The notes: generated by a model not told the origin, from the sequence alone. Numbered from the whole stretch's first letter, positions 13,693 through 26,788 are shown. The stretch: 63,058 nt of DNA, filler included, from Bonamia ostreae (GCA_040357525.1; 55 parts of 55 records of this genome joined end to end with filler, not necessarily neighbours in it), one strand, 5' to 3'. A program made the numbers and translations.

Positions 13693-13848
13693 GTTTAAAA
13701 TTGAACTTATTGTAATAATAAGTTCAACATTGTTTTTTCGCAAAAATTNNNNNNNNNNNNNNNNNNNNNNNNNNNNNNNNNNNNNNNNNNNNTTAATTAA
13801 TTAANNNNNNNNNNNNNNNNNNNNNNNNNNNNNNNNNNNNNNNNNNNN

Positions 13849-14125
13849 AAATTTGAAAAGTTGTTTTTTTGTTTAATGGAAAAAATGGTTTCAAATTTGA
13901 AAAGTTGTTTTTTCTGTTTAATAGAAAAAATGGTTTCATATTTGAAATGTTTTTTTTGTTTAATGGAAAAAATGGTTTCTCAAATTTGTAATGTTTTTTT
14001 CTGTTTAATAGAAAAAATGGTTTCAAATTTGAAATGTTTTTTTTTGTTTAATAGAAAAAATGGTTTCAAATTTGAAAAGTTGTTTTTTTGTTTAATGGAA
14101 AAAATGGTTTCAAATTTGAAAATGG
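13849..14125. repeat. ~43-bp tandem minisatellite
   Basis: About six copies of ttttt(t/c)tgtttaat(g/a)gaaaaaatggtttcaaatttgaaa. Confidence 0.9.
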
Positions 14126-14157
14126 TTTCTCAATCGATAAAATTGCTCAACAAAAAA

Positions 14158-14448
14158 TTATTTATTTAGACAATATATTTTGGCCAAACTTTTCGACATT
14201 CTGTTTTCAGAGAGCAAGTTTTGGACATTCTTAAAATGAGCTCTTCCTTTTAAATGTTGCCCAAATTTTGGTGACTCGATCCACTTATAACAGAAAAAAC
14301 ACCAAGCCGCGCCATTATCACAGTCGGACTTCGAGAACTTGTAAAGCCTAAAGTCTTTCAATATTTTAGAAAGTTTTTTCCGATGAGTTTCTTTGTAAAT
14401 ATGGTTTCGATCTAAGACGCTCCTATCGCATACGTTACATCGCGGCAT
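14158..14448 (-). CDS. CENATAC: CENATAC/CCDC84 (TITAN-like) double zinc-finger protein
   Basis: MPRCNVCDR....NHIYKETHRKKL..IL..F...AWCFFC...FGQHLKGRAHFKNV...EN matches the CCDC84 N-terminal CxxC..HxYxxxH and WCxxC..HLxxxxH..EN fingers. Confidence 0.7.
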   Translation of the reverse strand: MPRCNVCDRSVLDRNHIYKETHRKKLSKILKDFRLYKFSKSDCDNGAAWCFFCYKWIESPKFGQHLKGRAHFKNVQNLLSENRMSKSLAKIYCLNK

Positions 14449-14689
14449 TTTCTAAATTTAACAATAAAATTTAGCCGCGTTTAAATTTACAACAATTTCA
14501 AATTTGAAAATTTTATTTGACAAAGTTTGTCATATTATTAAACATTTGAAATATCATAATTTCAAAAAATCTGAAATTTTGCAAATCAAAAATAAGCAGT
14601 TCGTAATCTCAAAATAAAATTTATATCCGTTTTTATCCATTTTATAAGTTTTCGATGATTTTTTTTTCAATTTTTCGACAATTTTTTTG

Positions 14690-14901
14690 ACATTTTTTAT
14701 AATTTTTTTTGTTAAATTTTTACATTTTTTGCAATTTTTTACATTTTTTTATTAATTTTTTGTTAAATTTTTACATTTTTTATATTTTTTTGTTAAATTT
14801 TTACATTTTTTATATTTTTTTGCGAAATTTTTACATTTTTTATTAATTTTTTGTTAAATTTTTACATTTTTTATATTTTTTTGCGAAATTTTTACATTTT
14901 T
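14690..14901. repeat. T-rich minisatellite at contig end
   Basis: Repeated ttttttgttaaatttttacatttttt units. Confidence 0.85.
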
Positions 14902-17900
14902 NNNNNNNNNNNNNNNNNNNNNNNNNNNNNNNNNNNNNNNNNNNNTTAATTAATTAANNNNNNNNNNNNNNNNNNNNNNNNNNNNNNNNNNNNNNNNNNN
15001 NCATTCATAAAAAATGTTGCACAACAGGAAAAACAAACAAACATTTGTCCCACACTGAAACACACCGCATACCTTTAGAACCGTTTATGCATTGGGCAAA
15101 AGGTAATTGACTTGCCTGTACGAAAATTGCTGCTAGAATGGTTTGTAACGAAAACTTTCAAACGAAACTCTAAAGCATATGTGTAAAACACGGAAATGTA
15201 TTCAAATGCTTAATAATATATTTTTGCTGAAAGTGGTAGGATTCTAGCAGCTTTTTTGATAAACTCTGGATGGTTTGTCGTTATCATCGCCAGCTAGATC
15301 CACGTTTATTTTACTCGGAAGTAGTGTTTCCGTTAATGTACATCTTTTATATATTCATAAAGCCCATGTAATGACGCCACACCTGCAAGCATGTCTGCTA
15401 TGATATGATACAAACTGGTTTCATGTAAACAAGCAAAAATATTTTTTTTAAATTGGCATCTTCCATTTCTGTATTAGATATGTTAAAAATTGTACGAGAT
15501 ACGTATAGAAGTGGAGTATGTCATGCCTTAGCATACTCACAAATTGTCGTGAGAATCGGATGGAATTTTACACTCAAAATATATGTCATTGATAAAATGT
15601 TTTCCAAACCCTCAGATTCAAATATTAAGTGTGTCCTTTTTCCCATTGTATAATAGTACAATAAGACGATCGCTACAGTTTATTAAGTATCCTGAATGCT
15701 GTTATTCTTTGAAAGTCTCTACGAAAGCTCCTGGCTTCTTCGTTTTTCTTTTTTTTCTCGGTTACTAAGTCGTGGCAGCAACAATCTATAAAACATTGAA
15801 AAAGTTGTACGAATTCACTCTAATTAAGAATTCAAAGTTCACTAAAGATTCACATACACAGTGATGCTAAAAATACAAAGATACATGTAGGTCAGTGATC
15901 TATACAAATGAACGATGTTCAGCTATCAATCAAGTGTAAAACTTATGCGGTGCCAATATTTAATTCAGACAGTTGATGTACTCTTTTCACGAGTAGATAT
16001 AAGACAACCATTCATAATGAATACTAAGTATATGACTGCTTTAACTTAAGACTNNNNNNNNNNNNNNNNNNNNNNNNNNNNNNNNNNNNNNNNNNNNTTA
16101 ATTAATTAANNNNNNNNNNNNNNNNNNNNNNNNNNNNNNNNNNNNNNNNNNNNTTGGAACTTACAGTTCAAATTCAACCGGGGGTATCATCGGTTCTAGA
16201 TGATAACTTGTGAGTTTCATACCTTAATACCTTAATCCATAATAGTGATGCTCAAGAACTTGAGAATTTCGTTTTTCATGTCCAATTTAAGATATGAACA
16301 ACAATATAAATTACATTCTTTTGTTGAGCAAGGTGAATATCTTGTCTTATATTATTAATGGATTAGGCTCCATAATTTTATATAACACTAAAAATCATAC
16401 AGAACACTCTTCTTGATTCTCTTCTTTATGAAACATTGATAATTTTGATACACATGTCCTTGTGCATGCACAATCTGACTTTTCTACCCATGTGTAAGGA
16501 CACGTGCTACTATGTCGTATTATGAAGAAAGGTAGTGAACTCAAATCATCGTTCCATCTTTTGGACTTGACGGAAATCGCCGATCAATGTTCCGATTGCA
16601 ACCGTACACTTGTGCATACACAAACCGACTTTTCCTCATAGGATCCGGTTTACTTTCTTATATATTTTCTGTATGGACCTCAGCGTCTACGCAATAAGTG
16701 ATTTCTGCATGTTAATTGTTATGGTCATATTGATTGTGAAATATAGTCCAAGTGATTATGAATTGATACAAAATATTTATCAGATGAACTTGACGATAAA
16801 TATGCTGCAGGAATGTATCTGAATCATTCGCTTCCCGAAAAATTTCCTCGAATGATAAGGTAGATATAAATGTGATACATATGAATGATATCAGGGATTT
16901 GGGGACAGTTTTATGTATGTGTGTGTGTATGTGTACGATTGACAAAGAAAAAACACAACTACTTTATTTTGCTAATACCTTTTGAACTATGTAATGGTTT
17001 TGTGACCTTGGATTTTCTTGTAAGCTCATGTAGTGCACGCATGTATAATCATTTCATATTTTGAAAAAAATGCAGTGCTATAATGATCATGTATTAATAA
17101 ACTACAAAACGATGGATTTTGTAGTACTGATAACCATTCATACACCAATTCATGCAATGTATATGAAGGTTGCATTGTAGCTATTCACATTAACAGTTTA
17201 CCAATNNNNNNNNNNNNNNNNNNNNNNNNNNNNNNNNNNNNNNNNNNNNTTAATTAATTAANNNNNNNNNNNNNNNNNNNNNNNNNNNNNNNNNNNNNNN
17301 NNNNNTCGAGACTGTTGAGATATATGAACTGTAAGCACAATAATAATTAAATTCATTTTGATTGAACAATATTACGGGTGTGATATTTAAAATGTCGAGC
17401 ATTTACGAAGGACATTCAATTCCTATTTTATATTTCTTTGCGTCTTAGATTTCATGTTGTCATGCATGACACGATTTGGACTAGATATCATGAGCTCCCA
17501 GTTCCTAAGCGGATGTTCTATCCACTAAGCTATCGTCAGAGAATTGCCGTGATTGGTTGTTGTTGTATATAACTAGCTACTGACTGTGCATTTGACAATT
17601 TTATGTAGTTATAAAACCCAAATCTGGTATCATTTATTTCGTTTCAGTATGGGATAAAAAAATCATATCGAAATAAAGCTAATAAATCCTTCAAAAATCA
17701 GAAAGTTGAACAGCAGCAGGGTTATGGTGGCTCAGATGGGCGACGTAGCCCATGAACCTCTTGTTATCATGTCTCGCTTTCAACTACAGTTTGTGGAATG
17801 GATGACAATAATCGCCGTAGACAATGTATGACATTAGATAATATTGCATTGACATGTACATGTATATAGCACTATCTCTTTTACATCAATTTGAATTGTC

Positions 17901-18184
17901 CTAAAGAAATATATTTTTTTGTATACCATTTCATCAAAGACATTTTTAAGCATATTAATACAATGCAATAATCATGTTTCCCTGTTATCGAAGAAAAACA
18001 AATGCGTTCTCCAGTTTTCATTCAGCATAACCCACAAAATACGTACGAGTAGTAATACTTTAATTGCTTTACTTACTAATCAATGCTTCCTTCTTGTAAA
18101 TGTCTTTATATCTCCAAACGAAATGCTTATTTCCTTGGAATATGTACGTATTTATATAGGTTCTCAAATCAATTATATACGAGT

Positions 18185-18275
18185 AGACACCTGATCCCAA
18201 CTTTGAAGTGTTCAGGGGCAAATGTTTGCCCAGTTTTTAATTTTGTATTGCTTTTATGATTTATGATTATCCACT
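18185..18275 (+). mobile_element. Interspersed host repeat (SINE-like tail), one of four copies in the window
   Basis: cacctgatcccaact...ggg...gtgtttgccca...ttttgtattgc; homologous copies at 39610-39725 (+), 48655-48790 (-) and 62200-62305 (+). Confidence 0.6.
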
Positions 18276-21200
18276 CCTCTTTATCCTTTTCACGATTAAA
18301 AAGCTGTCAAATGTGTTTCTGCATATTTAATGAGGTATTTATTCCACTGTGAATTGNNNNNNNNNNNNNNNNNNNNNNNNNNNNNNNNNNNNNNNNNNNN
18401 TTAATTAATTAANNNNNNNNNNNNNNNNNNNNNNNNNNNNNNNNNNNNNNNNNNNNCTTCATCATTTCACAAAATACGTACTTGCACCTTGGGAATAAAA
18501 GCTTACCATATTACAACATATACTTGTGCTCCCAATTCCTCACAATTTGTAGATTTGCAAAAATTTGAAAAATCGAAGAAAAAAACTTGCATTTATGAAT
18601 AATAAAATATTGTGATTTCTAATTCTATATTGAATTATAATGTATTCATAAAAAAAAAATAATAACTCGTAACATCAAGTACAGGATAATGCCATACTCC
18701 CACTACCTACTGACGTGTAGATCACAATTTTAAAAAAATACTGATTTATAAAAGTATTGTCATTTCTACTTTAAATTTGATTTTGATTTTTCGAAACGTA
18801 TTCTTGACAGAAGGCCTATAGATATCAACGGCGTACCACGTTAGGTGTTTCTGGTGAGTCATTTGACTCAAGGATGATAAAGAACTTGTAATTGAATTGT
18901 ACCGTATTTTTTTCAAATCTAAAAATAAATTATAGTTGCTTAGATTTAGATTAATTATCGTAATATTTTGGTGGACTAACTATTAGAATGAATTACTAAT
19001 ATATGTATAAGAAAGACATGAAGATAACGTTGTGTACTTTGGAAAGTTGCGATGTGTCCTTTAAGTATAAAACGCAGCTTACCTTTGACGTGAAACAGGT
19101 ACTGCAAATATCCTGCAAAAGTAAACATTTCCTTTATATTACGGCATTCATAATAATCAACAATTTACGTCAAGATATGATTACATGTATTAGCCAATAT
19201 CTAATCGTATAGCTAGTGAAATTAAACTGTTATTTCTGCATTCATAACCAAAAAACCAGTCATTTACCTGTACTTCTAGGGGATATGAAAATTATATCCG
19301 GGTATATTTTTATAACCATAAGATTGTTTAATCGATATGAATTATTGTTGATAATGGTACATGTTTTGTTAAGAACCTAGATATCAGATATTGTCCAAGC
19401 GTGTTCTGTGTTAGAAGTTAGAAGTGTATGTGGACCACGAGAAGAACAAATAACAATGGCTGCATCCCAAATAGCGTTGAAGGAGAAATACAATATTATA
19501 ATATATANNNNNNNNNNNNNNNNNNNNNNNNNNNNNNNNNNNNNNNNNNNNTTAATTAATTAANNNNNNNNNNNNNNNNNNNNNNNNNNNNNNNNNNNNN
19601 NNNNNNNAATGAAACGACACCCATTGAGAGAAAACATAATGAAACAAAATGTAATCGTGACAGAATGAAACGAAACAAAACGAAATTTATTGCATAACCG
19701 AATTATCTTTAATTATTAATACAATAATCTTAGATATAATGGTTTCACGGGCCCCTCTAAAAGCTACCACATGTAAGTGAAATTCGCCTACCTTTAGATG
19801 TGGCCTTTCGGGTTGACTTATGCGGTCCATGGGATAATTCAGGGGTTTACTTGTCCGAGGTCCGTGGAAATACACCAAAGGAGGGGAGGGGGGGGGGGTG
19901 TCGCCAACTATGGATTCGTCTTTTGATAATATACCGGGTACATGTTTATTTTTTTTTCTTTAAAAATAACTGTATCTGTATCTATACCTTTGGACATTGT
20001 TTGCTTAGAGGGGAGACAAATGAATTGGTACAGATGTTCCTGAATATATGGGTCTTGTTGAAACCCCGAACGGAAAACGGAACGGCTATTTAGGAATTAT
20101 AACAATTTGTGTTGCTAAGTTTCTTACACATACACACACAAAATAAACAACTACGCTTTATTTTTATTCAAATGAAATAGGAAATTCTTCACAAAACAAT
20201 TCTATTTAGAAATTATGTATCATAAATTGATTTGGATAAATTATGTTTGTGCAAAAGTTTTCAAAGCGTTTCCGAATAGACTTGTAATTTACTGATATGA
20301 TGTGTAGCGAGGAGAAAGTAGAGAATACAAAGAATACACGACTCGTCAGTAAAAAGGCGGTGTTATATTTGCGTAGGAAATGCATTATATGTGGACGCTG
20401 TCGTCGAAATGGGGACGTTCTGAGGTAACGTCGTTGGTTTCTTTAAAAGTGCATGTTAAGAGTAATGTGCATTTCTAAAATAAAAAAAAATCACATACTT
20501 TTCAAGATCGGGTGTTAAAAGTTAAAAGGGAATTAAAACTAGAGGTTAGTAACCATGCTTTTTAATAAGTGGCAAAATGTTAAATATTGATTTTTCGTAC
20601 AAGATTTCGAGAAAATCAATTTATTAATTTAAACGTTTTGAGAATCGGTGTTGTGTTTNNNNNNNNNNNNNNNNNNNNNNNNNNNNNNNNNNNNNNNNNN
20701 NNTTAATTAATTAANNNNNNNNNNNNNNNNNNNNNNNNNNNNNNNNNNNNNNNNNNNNCCTGTGATTTGCATATACCTGATGATGACTGTAGTGTTAAGT
20801 CTATGCACACCAGCACCGTTAAGAATCAACATTTATTCTGGAATTTGCACAATTTCTTATGAACATTTTAAAAATCTCAAGCGTACTGAAATATCCTTCT
20901 TGCAACCCTGAGGTAAAAATAACTTCTTTCCATGAAATTTTCACCAAGGTCATTTATCCTCCACCGCTTTCCACTCATAATGTTGTCATCTGCCTTGAGA
21001 TCATTCTTCCTTACTATATTCATATTCGAGTTCCACAAAGGGAGATAATTATTTGATAAAATGTTCGAAATTTATCCCCCAAACAATGACTTTCTATTTA
21101 TTTTCATAGTAAACCTGGAAAATGAACTTAAAAGTTATTTCCACTATTTCAAAGATATTCTTTAAAAAGACTATACGGGACTAAAATTGCATGTGATTAT

Positions 21201-21909
21201 TCTGTTTTTAATGTGTTCATCACAAGCTGAAAATATCCCAATTATACATGAATTCGATCCTGAATATTGTGCTAAAAATAGAACGTCACATTGGGTGTTA
21301 TTTCGGTGGTACTCATTTTTTTTTTTTGCCACAAAATATGATATAACAAGCAAAATACTTTTGAAATATCACAAAAAGGTCTGAAAATGGAACAACACCT
21401 TCCATTATATTTCTCTTTTTTTTTTTGGCTTTGCATGGTTTTATTGTAGACAGTCTCTTGAAACCTAGGCAATTCACGACCATATTACATGTAATAATAC
21501 TTTTGGGTTTGACATACAATTTCTTTATGGCAGTTTTTTTTTTTCAAAAATAACATTGTTTAATGTAAACAGTATTCTTTTAGTTTTTGATGTATATTTT
21601 ACCTTCGCATAAACATTTTCCTGGATTGCTCACCCAACTTTGTGAATACATGATCATAACTCTTGTTTCACATAACTAATACTATGCTCATTAGAGGTAG
21701 CCACATTTGCAAAGTTGCAATGCCCCTGACAGGGAAAAGGTGGGTGGTAATTAGAAAGCTGCAAAAATAGGATGGAATTCTCTCAATAACGCTTTGGCAT
21801 TCAATATATNNNNNNNNNNNNNNNNNNNNNNNNNNNNNNNNNNNNNNNNNNNNTTAATTAATTAANNNNNNNNNNNNNNNNNNNNNNNNNNNNNNNNNNN
21901 NNNNNNNNN

Positions 21910-22008
21910 GATATTGAAAGCTATGGTAAGCAATTTTATCTCTTTTATTGTCTCATCATGGACTCCTATCACTTTGATTGGAACAGAATAATTATCTCCT
22001 TTGCTCAT
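21910..22008 (-). CDS. Phage-like hypothetical protein, 3' partial
   Basis: MSKGDNYSVPIKVIGVHDETIKEIKLLTIAFNI; start overlaps the end of the upstream ORF. Confidence 0.5.
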
Positions 22009-22222
22009 TATCTTTGGCTTTAGCTGTGAAATAAAATTTTGATGGTTTGTAGGGATTACCGTGTAAATCGGTTTTCCCTGTTAGGTTTTTGTTGTAGACA
22101 TCCACTCTAATATGTGGTAGCGTAGGTCTTAGATCATCAGGTCTTGCACCACTTTCATAAGTGTATACCTTACCGTTATATTTTACCTTATTTGGCATGT
22201 TTGCCCTTTGACTTACTCTCAT
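21992..22222 (-). CDS. Phage-like hypothetical protein (76 aa)
   Basis: Start coupled to the upstream stop (TAATG); intronless; tightly packed co-oriented ORFs. Confidence 0.65.
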   Translation of the reverse strand: MRVSQRANMPNKVKYNGKVYTYESGARPDDLRPTLPHIRVDVYNKNLTGKTDLHGNPYKPSKFYFTAKAKDNEQRR

Positions 22223-22609
22223 TAGCAGTATTGTTTTTCTCTTGATTCAACTTGTTCTGTACTCACCCTATTATATATATTTAGGCATGACTTAGCTCTG
22301 AACTCATCATCTAATGAGTGAATTTGTTTCTCACCTATGAACTTTAAGTCTTCTATTTGCTCCTCTAAGTCCATAATTTTACCTAAAGAGAAATCTTTAT
22401 CATCATCCTCTCCTATTATACCATTAAGCAACTTTATTTTCTTCTTTAGCTCTAGGTTCTCAGCTAATAGTTCAGACTTCAGTGGCCTGTTTCTCTATTT
22501 TATCGGTTGCTAAGTATGCCATATCGTCAGGCAAACATCCTTCTAGTTCTTGTAACACATCCATGTCCTCGACAGAATCTATTATCTCAGCTACATCAAA
22601 TCCAAACAT
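22222..22609 (-). CDS. Phage-like hypothetical protein split across two frames (22609-22472 and 22494-22222)
   Basis: MFGFDVAEII...EKQATEV* overlaps a +1 frame reading LKSELLAENLELKKKIKLLNGIIGEDDD... Confidence 0.5.
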
Positions 22610-22610
22610 A

Positions 22611-22904
22611 TTATTCTAGTTCTATTCTTAGTTTAGTAACGTAATTTATGGCTCTCTCTTTGATAGTATTATCATATCTATCATCATTTTTCAATTGTTT
22701 TTTAATCCAATCTAGATATTCTTTTGCTTCACTTTCTGAGTAAAAAATCAACCAATTTTCAGTGCTCCATTTAAACACTTTATTGGTGGTGAACACTTTT
22801 TTTATCTCCTCACCAATCCTTTTAATCCTATATAATAGGTCATTAAAATCAAAAGACGTTAGGTATTTAGAACCTGTAACGTTCGTAATAACATACTTAT
22901 CCAT
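22611..22904 (-). CDS. Phage-like hypothetical protein (97 aa)
   Basis: Intronless ORF with 1 bp between its stop and the next ATG; contains an F.SE.EAKEYL motif of the kind seen in small phage proteins. Confidence 0.65.
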   Translation of the reverse strand: MDKYVITNVTGSKYLTSFDFNDLLYRIKRIGEEIKKVFTTNKVFKWSTENWLIFYSESEAKEYLDWIKKQLKNDDRYDNTIKERAINYVTKLRIELE

Positions 22905-22937
22905 AATGTAAATATTAAATGAGTTGTAACATATTTT

Positions 22938-22960
22938 TGTAGCTAGGTGGGGAATCGAAC
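22938..22960 (-). tRNA. 3' end of a tRNA gene (T-arm and acceptor strand), truncated by the contig end
   Basis: Reverse complement GTTCGATTCCCCACCTAGCTACA = T-loop TTCGATT, stem, 7-nt acceptor strand and discriminator. Confidence 0.55.
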
Positions 22961-23426
22961 NNNNNNNNNNNNNNNNNNNNNNNNNNNNNNNNNNNNNNNN
23001 NNNNTTAATTAATTAANNNNNNNNNNNNNNNNNNNNNNNNNNNNNNNNNNNNNNNNNNNNAAAATTTGATTTATATTCGCAGATTATAAAGCGTAACTGT
23101 ATCAAGTTAAATTATATCGTAAAACATCTGTCAAAATTACCTTCATTCCTTAAGTAAATTGATAAAGTTCTACGCTATTACAGCCTTTTTGAATTCTTAT
23201 AATGACAATCTTCAGATTACTTTGATTTTGTATTATATCAATGGATCAGGTATACAAAAAAAAAAAAACTGAGGCTACTAGTATATCAATAAGTATTTTA
23301 GTTATCCTCATTTGTGTGTACATGAACAATGTATATTTTCCATTCATTCTTTTATGAGAGTTGCACTCTTAAACAACCATTCCTTGCGCATGGTATAATG
23401 TAATACAATATTTTTTATTTTCACAG

Positions 23427-23899
23427 ATATTTTCATGAGAGATGTACCCAGACGCAATGGTTCCACTTCCATGGTGGCCTTTTACACATACATGGACTAC
23501 AATCAAAAAGAGATAGGGACGCACCATGTTTTCGTATTTGACCGTGTTGTTTTAAACTATGGAAATGGATATCATGAATATTCGGGCGTATTTTCAGCGC
23601 CAAGATCCGGACTATATATGTCTGTATGGTCACTACGAGTATGGGAGCAATCCGTTGTGTTGATCGTTGCTGGTTCCACCTACACTTCGATGTATAACAG
23701 AAGTTATCGTGAAGACTATACCCATGATGGAGAGTACAGTGATGCGGACGAAACCGCGTCATCGTTTGCGTTGGTGCATCTTAATGAAGGAGACGATGTT
23801 TATTTAAGAACCCACTCTTCATACAGTGGTACAGGCGGTGTGATAAGCAACGAATACGGAAGGTCATCATTTGGAGGATGGCTTTTGATGCACGTGTAA
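23427..23899 (+). CDS. C1q-domain-containing protein, terminal exon (host)
   Basis: VAFYTYM..VFVFDRVVLNYGNGY...SGVFSAPRSGLY...LVHLNEGDDVYLR...RSSFGGWLL*; pyrimidine-rich acceptor tttcacag at 23426. Confidence 0.92.
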
Positions 23900-24380
23900 A
23901 ATCCATCAATCAAACTGTCGCGAGTCGTCATTATACGCACGAAAACTTAATAGAACATTAAGATTTCCCCCCAAAATTATATTCCCATACCGATCTTTAA
24001 TTTGAATTCAGGGAAGATTATACTTATATTCGAAAATAAAATCACAATGTAAATTCGCAAAAAAAATTGTTGACGTGAAAGACAGCTGATCAAAGTGTAT
24101 TGTCTCGTTCNNNNNNNNNNNNNNNNNNNNNNNNNNNNNNNNNNNNNNNNNNNNTTAATTAATTAANNNNNNNNNNNNNNNNNNNNNNNNNNNNNNNNNN
24201 NNNNNNNNNNCATACAATAAAAATGTGAAAGTATAAATTCATTTAACCTGCGCTAAGTTAATAACAATAAATCACTATCATTTTTTTAATCAGCGGAATT
24301 ATTTTGATATAAAGATTTTTTTGTGTTGATAAGTTCATTTCCCTGTGCTTTGATTAGGCCTAGGTTTGGTGCCGCCAACA

Positions 24381-24443
24381 CACGAGTGGGGCTCGAATCC
24401 ACGGCCTTCCGGTCACGAAACGAACGCTCTATCCACCGGACCG
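24381..24443 (-). mobile_element. tRNA-derived SINE head (host); similar copy at 25195-25260
   Basis: Reverse complement has A-box-like ggtggatagagcg and B-box ggattcgagccc but no intact cloverleaf. Confidence 0.5.
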
Positions 24444-25714
24444 TGTGTTCTATGTCTCTTTTCGTTATTATAATGTAGGGATCAACATTTTCCTAATCTG
24501 CTAACGATTACAGAATATGACGTACACATAAGGAAGACTTCACTGAATTTGCAAACATTTCATTCTTTTATTATATTATGATCTTTGGGATATTTTAAAC
24601 AATATTATCTATCACCTCTTACAAAGATCTAGAACTCGAAAATGGTAATAAAACCAATAATTCAACTTTATGAACTGAGTATGATAAAGTTTACAAACTT
24701 AATTACCATTTGTCACGAATTGACTAAATTGCGCTTGAGATTCTCGGAGTACTTCCCTCCTGGCATATTGACCTTAGAAATGTAATGTTAAACGAATCCA
24801 GTCTCAGGTGCACTCAATCTAAATCAGAAATTGGAACACATCTCAGTAAAGCTTTGCAAAAAGAGAACCACTTTATCTGGAAAGTAGAGATCGTCACCAG
24901 CCAAAGACCATCACAATATACAGAACGTGGAAATGCACAACATTTACGTCTCAATCGAACGTTTTTCACCATAACACGCAAGGCCATTATTAGGGTTATT
25001 TTCCGTGCCGCTTTTAAGGTCATGTCCGAAGGACGCATGGCTTTCACTTCTAATGCCGGGCTTACCAATCTCTGTTGTGTCTTGTATCTACTTATTGTCA
25101 TAAATTCATTGAATAAATATTGTTTAATTAAACTAATGCCGGGCACATATCGAAAGAACATATACCACTTTCATGTAGGTTGATTGGACGTGTTGCCGGA
25201 ATCTAGAATTGAACCTGGGACATTCCGGTTACGACCCTATCCACTAGGTCACCATGACCANNNNNNNNNNNNNNNNNNNNNNNNNNNNNNNNNNNNNNNN
25301 NNNNTTAATTAATTAANNNNNNNNNNNNNNNNNNNNNNNNNNNNNNNNNNNNNNNNNNNNATTTATAAATTCTATAATATATTTTTTACTTGTTTTTAAT
25401 GTTCTTGTTATTTTAATCTGTTTTAATGTTTTTCTTCCTTTTTTTAATGTTTTTTATCGTTCATGAAAAGCAAAATTTGGTCTAATCCACACATTTTTGT
25501 CATATCATTTCCTTTTCTGAAATTTGTTATCTTAAATTTTTGTAGTTTAAAGTTTTTATGCGCCATTTAAAAATTTTTTCCTTTTTCGAACAGAAAATGT
25601 ATTCGAACAATTTATCTGAAATTTAAAGTCGACAAGAACCGATCCGCAAAAATTTTTCAAACGAACAATTAAAATATTTTAAAAATCGTTTGTAAAAAAT
25701 CAAAGTTATCGCAT

Positions 25715-26409
25715 TTAACTCTGATAAGAGAAGTTGTCTAAGTGATTGTTTTTCAGCGACATATCCGACACAAACGAATCAGCGACCGGTTCCATCGTGA
25801 ACTCGGCGTCAAAATTGGACGTGTCGGTTGTTTGTTTGCGGGTGGCGGGGACATAAGGCGGCCTCAGCTTCTTCTTCAACATCATCTCCCAATTGACGTC
25901 CTTGAAAAATTCGTGCGACATTATTTCTTCTGCGTCGCTGGGCCCGGAGCCGAGCCTGTTTTTGGGGTCTTTCTCGACCAAACGGCTTATCAGATCCTTC
26001 GCTACTTTCGAGAGGAACTTGGGATATTTGACCTCCGCGCTTTGGATCATCTTGTACATCTCGTTGGTGTCTTTGTTGTAGAAAGGAGGGTACCCGACCA
26101 TCGTCTCGTAAACGAGAATGCCGAGGCTCCACCAGTCGACCGATTTTGTGTAATTTTGGCGTTCGATTATTTCGGGGGCTTTTGTTGTCAGAAAAAAACC
26201 AAGATATTCGGGAGTGCCGCAGAAGGTGCTGGCTTCGTTGTCTTCGATTTGGTCGAAAATCTTGGAAAGACCAAAATCGGTGAGGCAAATGTAGCCGTGT
26301 TCGTCCAGTAAGATGTTTTCCGGTTTCAGGTCTCGATAGAATACCCCGTTTTTGTGGAGATGGCCAAGTGCCAAAAGTGTTTGGGCGATAATGAATTCTT
26401 TACAGATTT
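25715..26409 (-). CDS. AGC-family Ser/Thr kinase (PKB/SGK/S6K-like), 5' partial; intron 26179-26199
   Basis: YRDLKPEN, DFG, TFCGTPEYL^APE after removing a 21-nt intron, DWWSLG, and an AGC tail with NFD.EFT and hydrophobic motif LDNFSY. Confidence 0.95.
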
Positions 26410-26788
26410 NNNNNNNNNNNNNNNNNNNNNNNNNNNNNNNNNNNNNNNNNNNNTTAATTAATTAANNNNNNNNNNNNNNNNNNNNNNNNNNNNNNNNNNN
26501 NNNNNNNNNAATATATCTTATCTAGAAATGGTTAAAATGCTAATGAAAACGTTTCGTTTTCCATTCAAATCAAAAACTTATACTGTTACATATTTTTATG
26601 TATCTTAAACATTAAAATTTATTTAGTCTTTTCACCCTTTATACTTATTCTCGAAACTCCGTAATATCTACAATTAACAATGACAAATAAAACACAAATG
26701 ATGTTATTCGCATTAAAAATAAAAGAAACGATTTTTAAAATACAAAACAACAAAATCAAAATAATTCAAAAATACAAATGAATAGATA

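Noticed and set aside
13793-14169. Repetitive ORFs on both strands
   Set aside because: They are translations of a ~43-bp minisatellite
24785-25183. Overlapping 132-aa and 115-aa antisense ORFs
   Set aside because: No recognisable domain and no clear exon boundaries
25742-26311. Long antisense or alternate-frame ORFs over the kinase (also over MORN, Kelch, MMTAG2 and NDH2)
   Set aside because: Shadow ORFs expected from GC-richer coding sequence
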